64,000 nucleotides of DNA from Candidatus Poribacteria bacterium (GTDB lineage: Bacteria; Poribacteria; WGA-4E; PCPOR2b): assembly GCA_965215015.1 (NCBI GenBank), contig OZ244042.1, positions 5,722,016 to 5,786,015 on the forward strand, written 5' to 3'. How positions within the stretch are numbered: position 1 is the stretch's first letter; the number at the start of each line of letters is the position of its first letter. A program made the translations under genes and the position numbers. Below the pieces are notes generated by a model that saw nothing but the letters and a program-made list of their open reading frames with translations, did no database searches and was not told the origin of the DNA. Shown here one piece after another: positions 57,802 to 64,000 of the stretch.

Positions 57802-59187
57802 ATGGAAGCGTACAAGGCGCAGTTAGCATTCTCAGAGGTACAGTTGCGTACCCTTTATATTGAAGGGTACACCGATCAGCTCAGCTACGCACCGGGGGAC
57901 GAAATCAGGTTTCATATTTCTACTAGCGCATCGGAGTTTTCACTGGAGATTGCGCGCGTCGGTGCAACCCGTGAGGTGGTCTGGATCGAGAAAGAACTCT
58001 CTGGATCTGCGTATCCGATTCCCGACGATGCATCATCGCACGGCTGCCGTTGGCCCACGAGCTTCAAGCTGCGTGTGCCGGATACATGGCGGAGTGGATA
58101 TTACGAAGTGTCAATGCGAGCGGAGGATACCGGTGGGGATTTCACGTACAGAAATCGTCGAACTGCTGAAGGAATGATGCACTTCGTCGTGCGGTCCGCA
58201 CAGCCGGGACGCGACACGAAGATCTTGCTTCAACTGGCGACGAACACCTATAACGCCTATAACAACTGGGGCGGATATAGCCTCTACGCTTATCATGGAC
58301 ACAGCAACTTACAGGGGCATCGTGTCTCTTTCAATCGACCGATGATGGGGCTTTTTAGCAGATGGGAATTGTTGTTTGTGGAATGGGCGGAACGGAACGG
58401 CTACACGCTCGACTACGCTGCCAATAGCGATCTTGAATTTTACCCGGAAATCCTGAAGGGGTATCGACTGGTGTTGAGCGTCGGTCACGATGAATACTGG
58501 TCTGGGGGGATGCGAGACAACCTAGAGGCATTCATCGCTGACAGTGGGAATGCAGCGTTCTTTAGCGGGAATTCGGTCTGTTGGCAAGTCCGCAGCGAAG
58601 ACGAAGGACGTGCTTTGACCTGCTGGAAGCAGTGGTACAACATGGACCCCATTTATAAGACAGGCGACTATCGAACCTTGAGTACCTTGTGGAGCCATTA
58701 CCTCGTCGGTCGCCCTGAAAACGAATTGACTGGCGTCGGTTTTCTCTACGGAGGTTACCACCTCAGCCACGGTCAATTTATGGATGGTTCAGGTAAATAC
58801 ATGGTGCATCGCCCGGAGCATTGGATTTTTGAGGGAACGGGCCTCAAGCAGGGGGACACTTTCGGCGGTCTGCACACCATCGTGGGTTACGAATGCGATG
58901 GCTGCGAGTTACAAATTAAGGACGGGCTCCCTGTTCCAACGCGTCGGGATGGCACACCCGATAACTTCCTCATTCTCTGTACCGCCCCGGTGCGTTGGCA
59001 TCCAGACGATTGCGAATGGTACGAACGTTGGGATAGAGGCCGCACCGGCACCGCGACGATGGGAATTTATACCCGTGGGGGAACCGTTTTCACCGCCGCT
59101 ACGACCGATTGGTCACATGGATTGCAGGGCGGTGATTCGGTTGTGGAGCGCATCACACAAAATGTGCTCGATCGGTTGTCCCGTTAA
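57802..59187 (+). CDS. hypothetical protein (462 aa), possibly an N,N-dimethylformamidase-large-subunit-like (DmfA2-like) domain protein; start trimmed to MEAYKAQ
   Basis: AAGGAG RBS before the ATG at 57802. The LQLATNTYNAYNNWGGYSLY box recalls the DmfA2-like family, but this is a weak assignment. Confidence 0.45.
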   Translation: MEAYKAQLAFSEVQLRTLYIEGYTDQLSYAPGDEIRFHISTSASEFSLEIARVGATREVVWIEKELSGSAYPIPDDASSHGCRWPTSFKLRVPDTWRSGYYEVSMRAEDTGGDFTYRNRRTAEGMMHFVVRSAQPGRDTKILLQLATNTYNAYNNWGGYSLYAYHGHSNLQGHRVSFNRPMMGLFSRWELLFVEWAERNGYTLDYAANSDLEFYPEILKGYRLVLSVGHDEYWSGGMRDNLEAFIADSGNAAFFSGNSVCWQVRSEDEGRALTCWKQWYNMDPIYKTGDYRTLSTLWSHYLVGRPENELTGVGFLYGGYHLSHGQFMDGSGKYMVHRPEHWIFEGTGLKQGDTFGGLHTIVGYECDGCELQIKDGLPVPTRRDGTPDNFLILCTAPVRWHPDDCEWYERWDRGRTGTATMGIYTRGGTVFTAATTDWSHGLQGGDSVVERITQNVLDRLSR

Positions 59188-59193
59188 ACAGGA

Positions 59194-60174
59194 TCAGGTT
59201 TGAAGTCTCCCCCGATGTCCTCGTTCAATGGCTTCGCACAGTTCCATCGTTTTCACCGCATCCTCTAGCGGACTCCAAGGGGTAGTATCGTTCAGGATGC
59301 AGTCGGTGAAATGGCGTGTCTCGTTGAAATCTGAGCCACCGACAGCGTCGAGGTCAAGGGGTTCTTCACACAGTGATCCGTCCAAGTAAAGGGTGATTTC
59401 CGGTGTGCGTGTCAAGTCGAGATATGCCGACATATCTTCGGTGTGGACCTCCGCCGACTGAATCCGATAGCCAACCCCGTAGTGACTCATCATTGTGCCA
59501 TGGCAGCCGTTATCAAAGGCGATAACAGCGTTGTAGCGGGGTGTGCCTTCCCGCTCACCATTCCACGAATGTCCGTACACCTCTACAACGGTTGCTGCTT
59601 CAGTCGGTGTCCGCCCTGCCATCCAACGCAGCAGATCGACATGGTGAATCGCATCGCAGATAATCTCCGGCGGTGCCACCTCCCTGCGACCCGGACGCTG
59701 CAATCCTGATGGTGGTTTATGATAATTGGCAGCGACCTGTATTGCCCCACCACGTTCCTGTAGTAACTTTCGCACCGCCAACACTTCCGGCTTGTAGCGG
59801 CGATTAACAGACAGAATCGCTTTGCCCTTACTCTTGCGGGCAGCGTCAAGCATCTGCTGTGTTTCTCCGACGTTCATCCCCGGTGCCTTCTCGACCGATG
59901 TATGTAGGTCACGTCCTAAGCAATCCACCACAATCGGCAGCAGATGACCGGGCATGGTAACGACATAAACGACATCAAGGCCCACCTGATCCAGCATCTC
60001 GCGGTAATCGCTAAACGCAGATTCGGGTTTATGCGTGAGTTTTGCCTGTTCTAGTCGCTGGTCGTCGATTTCTGCGACTGAGATGAGTTCCATCCGGGGT
60101 TCATCTTTAATCATCGCCAAGTGCCCTTGCGCGTGCCCACCGCAGCCAATAACACCGACTTTCAGATCCGCCAT
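59194..60174 (-). CDS. Gfo/Idh/MocA-family oxidoreductase
   Basis: VGVIGCGGHAQGH Rossmann motif and the C-terminal domain. AGGAGG RBS. Confidence 0.85.
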   Translation of the reverse strand: MADLKVGVIGCGGHAQGHLAMIKDEPRMELISVAEIDDQRLEQAKLTHKPESAFSDYREMLDQVGLDVVYVVTMPGHLLPIVVDCLGRDLHTSVEKAPGMNVGETQQMLDAARKSKGKAILSVNRRYKPEVLAVRKLLQERGGAIQVAANYHKPPSGLQRPGRREVAPPEIICDAIHHVDLLRWMAGRTPTEAATVVEVYGHSWNGEREGTPRYNAVIAFDNGCHGTMMSHYGVGYRIQSAEVHTEDMSAYLDLTRTPEITLYLDGSLCEEPLDLDAVGGSDFNETRHFTDCILNDTTPWSPLEDAVKTMELCEAIERGHRGRLQT

Positions 60175-60203
60175 TGTACAACTTCCTCCTCTTTTGTTAA
60201 ATT

Positions 60204-60425
60204 CTATCCAATGTGAATTTCCACGGGTCCACTAATAATGGCTTTGAGACCCTCAGCGCCGGCCTGTTCTGCAAGCTCTAATGCCGTTTGAAAATCTTGC
60301 ACGGCCTCCAAAGCACGGTCTATATTGATTTTCGCATTTCCTCGATTGTAGTAGGCTATTGCATAATCGGGTCTGAGTTGAATTGCCATGTTATAATCCG
60401 CAATAGCGGATTCATACTCCCCCAA
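60204..60425 (-). pseudogene. orphan TPR fragment (73 aa), likely a gene remnant
   Basis: TPR consensus (AIADYNMAIQLRPDYAIAYYNRGNAKI), but stop codons lie immediately upstream in frame and no RBS is visible. Confidence 0.3.
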
Positions 60426-60772
60426 CTCGGATTTTGTATAACCTCACCTGAAGTAGGTCTCAGCAGATACCAATGCTTCCCCTTGGGACAAAGGTCTCAC
60501 TGGCTCTGTCCGAGTGAGCAATGTTTTGAGATAATTGACCAGAATAATAAAATTAGGATTCTGCTCACCTGCAATGGCATCATCGCCTTAACAACAGCGG
60601 GCGAAAGGGGGACTGCCTACCCACACCCATTTTGGGAGCAGGAGGCAATCGCCGGTACGCGTTAAATCTTACTCATCCTTCAAAATAGTGGGGCGATAAT
60701 GTTCACCGCCCCTTCTAGTATTGATAATGAGATTCTTCGGACATGCCCAAGCACGTCATTTATAGACTGCGG

Positions 60773-61666
60773 TTAAAAGAAAAACGGATTTGACCACGCC
60801 TTTTTGCCGGTTTCATCGGTAATCTCGACGCGGACGTACTTGACGCTGCTCGGCACTTCATACGTTGCCTCAGTTAGTGTCTCTCCTTCGGGGGCAACAA
60901 TGCGCTTGCCACGACTGCGCTGCGCTTTGAACACGATGGACTGTGCAGGTGAACACTTGACGGTGACGCTCCTTTTCTCTTCGCTTTCGTCCACCAAGTC
61001 CAGATCGATTAGTTCTGGTCCGAGGGTTGAATAGAAAGCTCCGGTACGAAATCCTGTCATAATGGAATCGGTGGTGAGTTCAGGTGCCTTTACCATGACC
61101 CAACCGTGAAAACAGTCGTGCTCCGTGCCGTGTGCGTCGTCAGCAGCAATGCCAAAGACCGGGCACCCTGCCTTGTCCAATAAATCATCCCAGGCCTGCT
61201 CGGAAAAACCCTTGCCGATACCCATGCAGGTGTCGTTATAAACTTCAACCGCAAAATATCCACTCAGCGGTAGATAGTCTAGCAGCGTATGTCCGCACCA
61301 GTAGGGGTGGCAGAGCACCGCCTCGCCGCCTTGCCGCTTAATTTCTTCGATTACAGCGTTGGGATGCAGCTCGGCACAGTTGATGCGCTCGTGGAGGTTT
61401 ATACCAACGATATGATATGTATCGCCGCCGTAAGGATTGCTCGGATGGACTTCACTGCCAGGGATTGCTAAGAAGTCGCCGCTGCTATAGGCGGAAACAT
61501 CGTTGACCTTTCGATGATCGGTCAGCACCAAGAAGTCATAGCCTGCTTCACGGTAAGCTGCAAAGCGTTCTGCCATCGGCAGTCTTCCGTCCGACTCGGT
61601 GCTATGGCTGTGGGTATTGCCGCGATACCATTGTCCCGGCTGTTTGAAGGGGTTAACGTTTGACAT
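60773..61666 (-). CDS. PHP-domain (polymerase/histidinol-phosphatase-like, CehA/McbA-type) metal-dependent phosphoesterase (start trimmed to MSNVNPF)
   Basis: HSHSxxSDG motif (GNTHSHSTESDGR) plus further His/Asp ligands (LTDHRK; HPYWCGH; DDAHG). AAGGAG RBS before the ATG at 61666. Confidence 0.7.
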   Translation of the reverse strand: MSNVNPFKQPGQWYRGNTHSHSTESDGRLPMAERFAAYREAGYDFLVLTDHRKVNDVSAYSSGDFLAIPGSEVHPSNPYGGDTYHIVGINLHERINCAELHPNAVIEEIKRQGGEAVLCHPYWCGHTLLDYLPLSGYFAVEVYNDTCMGIGKGFSEQAWDDLLDKAGCPVFGIAADDAHGTEHDCFHGWVMVKAPELTTDSIMTGFRTGAFYSTLGPELIDLDLVDESEEKRSVTVKCSPAQSIVFKAQRSRGKRIVAPEGETLTEATYEVPSSVKYVRVEITDETGKKAWSNPFFF

Positions 61667-61824
61667 AAAAAGTCTCCTTGTTGGTTTCGACAGTTTGGTT
61701 GGATAGTTGTATTTTAACACACCGCCTTCAAAACGAAAATGGAAAAAACGATTTAAAACCGCTAAAAAAAAGATTTACGCTCAAGGTTCAGTGGTGTAAA
61801 ATATAGTCAAGGAGGCTAGCATAA

Positions 61825-62574
61825 ATGAAGACGATTATTATCGGTGCAGGACGCGGCAGACGACTCATGCCGCTGACAGAGGATACGCCCAAGTGCTTCG
61901 CCGCGGTTAAAGGGAAACGCATCATCGATTGGATACTCGAGGCGTGGCGTGCAGCAGAGGTAGCGGATATTGTCTTCGTCGGTGGGTATCAGATTCAACG
62001 TATCCAGCACGATTACCCTGCCTTTCGCTTCTACCATAACACCGATTGGCAGCAGAATAATATCTTAGCCTCGCTTTTTCACGCCGAAGCCGAAATGAAT
62101 GAGCCTTTTGCCTGCACTTATGCGGACATTATCTACCGACCCTGGGTAACGCAGAAATTGATGGATACCCCTTACGACATTACGCTTGTCGTCGATACTA
62201 CTTGGCGGGAGCGTTACGCGGCACGCACACTTCACCCCGAAGATGATGGGGAAAAAATCCTCGCAGACGGGGCGCGAGTCACAAGAATCAGCCGTGATAT
62301 AGCACCCAAAGCTGCACACGGGGAGTATATCGGCGTCGCAAAATTTAGCCGGCGCGGAGCAGATCTCCTGCGGGACCATTTCCACCGGGTTTGTCATGAA
62401 TATAGTGGCACACCTTTTCAAGGGGCAGCCTCTGTGCAGAAGGCGTATCTAATTCAGCTCTTTCAGGAGATGGTTGAGCAGGGTGTAGAAATTCACAAGC
62501 TGGATATTGCGGGCGGCTATTACGAGATCGACACCACGCAGGATTATGAAATTGCGAATGAAGTATGGTCGTGA
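61825..62574 (+). CDS. sugar-/choline-phosphate nucleotidyltransferase family protein (LicC/GCD1-like NTP-transferase)
   Basis: N-terminal IIGAGRGRRLMPLTEDTPK nucleotide-binding motif and a family-typical core. AAGGAGG RBS. Confidence 0.75.
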   Translation: MKTIIIGAGRGRRLMPLTEDTPKCFAAVKGKRIIDWILEAWRAAEVADIVFVGGYQIQRIQHDYPAFRFYHNTDWQQNNILASLFHAEAEMNEPFACTYADIIYRPWVTQKLMDTPYDITLVVDTTWRERYAARTLHPEDDGEKILADGARVTRISRDIAPKAAHGEYIGVAKFSRRGADLLRDHFHRVCHEYSGTPFQGAASVQKAYLIQLFQEMVEQGVEIHKLDIAGGYYEIDTTQDYEIANEVWS

Positions 62575-63149
62575 AAATCAACAAATTCATGAATCAGTGC
62601 GAATCTAAATTGCTACACTCAATTTTTCAACCTAGAACTTTAGTTGAATCCGGCCCCAATCGCCAAGATATTCTGCAAAGATAAGAGGAGGTCCGGTATG
62701 CGTTTTTTTAATATTGATGGATAATTAATCAACAGGGAAAATACCGAGGCCTGTATGTCAACGTTGAGGGCAGACAATCGGCCCGCGAGGACGTCAGAAG
62801 GGAAATGCAAGCGATTCTAAATGAATTGGCTTCCATGGCGCGGGATTTCTTTGTAGATAACGTCTGAACAGACAGCCTATCAAAAAGTGGAGCGGATGCG
62901 GCATGTTTTAAGTGGAGAAAACGCTGGAAGAAGGGCTTTTCCAGACTTGGGCATACATGAATCGCTGCGATACAGAAGAGGGGCATCTGGTAATTTTTGA
63001 CCGAGATGCGGATAAGGCGTGGGAGGAGATCTTCCGTCGGGTAGAAAACCCGCGAAGAATAGCGATAAGGTTTGGGAGATGTAGCCAGTCGCGCAGGTGA
63101 TGGGAGCGGTCGCAAAAACGATGACTATGATCAGAAAAGGAGCGTCTTT

Positions 63150-63875
63150 ATGCAAATTCTTAATCTCGAATCAGGAACACCTTTCCGGATGGGAAAGGGA
63201 AAAAACTGGCGGATCGTCCATCCCGATATGGGGGCAACACAACTGACCCTCAACCATGGACAACATGCCCCCGGTCAGGAGTTCACACAACATATTCACG
63301 ATGAATCGGAGGATATGATTGTGGTGCTTGAGGGCGGCGGTCATATTCGTCAGGGGGATGTTTACACCCCCATTATCGCGGGCGATGGAATCTTTGTGCC
63401 GGCGCGTGAGGTTCATGGCACTGTCAATACGACAGATCAACCGGCGCGGCTCATCAGTTTCCAATCCCCGCCAGATATAGCCCTGTACCGCGGAGAACGA
63501 GATCACCCCGCCGACTCGCCTAAACCGGAACTAGGGCACAGAAGCGGTGTACAAGTGATTCCGATGGCAAAAGCGGGGCCGGTGTTTGGCAAATCGGGAG
63601 ATTGGCGTGGCGTTGTTTCGCCGAAAAACGGGAGTCAACATCTATCGCTTGATTACGTCCAAATCAATGTCGGCGAAGCGTTTACGCATGACCCCATTGG
63701 TGCAGAATCAATTTATGTGCTGATCGGTGGGGGTGCAGCGGTGAAAACGAATGGAGAAACATCAACGCTTGGCTTGAGAGACGTTCTCTTTCTCAAGCCT
63801 GAAGATACCTTCTCATTATCACAGGTTGGTAGTGAACCGACCACGCTGCTTCATTGTTGGGCGTTAGCAAAGTAA
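63150..63875 (+). CDS. cupin-domain protein, bicupin-like (start trimmed to MQILNLE)
   Basis: Two cupin modules. The first has metal-ligand-like His (FTQHIHDESEDMIVVLEGGGH ... VHGTVN). AAAGGAG RBS before the ATG at 63150. Confidence 0.7.
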   Translation: MQILNLESGTPFRMGKGKNWRIVHPDMGATQLTLNHGQHAPGQEFTQHIHDESEDMIVVLEGGGHIRQGDVYTPIIAGDGIFVPAREVHGTVNTTDQPARLISFQSPPDIALYRGERDHPADSPKPELGHRSGVQVIPMAKAGPVFGKSGDWRGVVSPKNGSQHLSLDYVQINVGEAFTHDPIGAESIYVLIGGGAAVKTNGETSTLGLRDVLFLKPEDTFSLSQVGSEPTTLLHCWALAK

Positions 63876-64000
63876 GTGATGAAGGAGGAGCAGCAACCGA
63901 GAAGCAGATTGAACTTATGCAATTTAGGGTGAGCGGTAAAAAAGAGGAAGGATGAGGTTCCCATTCTTCCAATCTTGAGTTTTCTAGCCTTCCAATCCTC

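Noticed and set aside
1-64000. CRISPR arrays, rRNA or tRNA genes
   Set aside because: No regularly spaced direct repeats, no rRNA-like conserved stretches and no tRNA T-loop (GGTTCGAATCC-like) cloverleaf candidates were seen in any intergenic region.

Overview
The window is a 64 kb chromosomal segment with GC near 50%. Most genes are recognisable, and most are preceded by AGGAGG-type ribosome-binding sites. The gene mix is heavy in Gfo/Idh/MocA oxidoreductases (five or six copies), PhyH-type dioxygenases, xylose-isomerase-like TIM barrels and TPR proteins. This fits a PVC-type or candidate-phylum bacterium such as Planctomycetota or Poribacteria; the taxon is inferred, not demonstrated.

Housekeeping genes present are ilvBNC, a superoxide dismutase, guaA, gatB and rlmN. 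The accessory content includes:
- a tandem pair of LarA-family (nickel-pincer racemase) paralogs set in a sugar or hydroxy-acid catabolic locus;
- a batCDE-like cluster that lacks batA/batB;
- an SdpA/HTTM-like gene pair;
- an ABC exporter fused to an N-terminal bPH-like and zinc-ribbon module, next to a large hypothetical protein;
- a CDF metal exporter, a penicillin-acylase-family Ntn hydrolase, an S9 peptidase and a long-chain acyl-CoA ligase.

There is no intact mobile element, CRISPR array, rRNA or tRNA gene. There are decayed mobile-element remnants: an IS605 tnpB C-terminal fragment, a DDE-transposase C-terminal fragment, and a MITE-like element with 16-bp terminal inverted repeats.

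Several non-coding signals stand out. An 80-nt regulatory block of about 85% identity sits upstream of two catabolic genes 30 kb apart. A TTTCACGTTTCAC direct-repeat motif recurs at four sites. A 45-nt intergenic motif occurs twice. There are several perfect palindromes, and a 550-nt ORF-free structured region lies upstream of ilvB.

The ORF track and my reading of the printed sequence disagree by one nucleotide at one or two places near 4020-4080. I have used the ORF-track coordinates for those genes.
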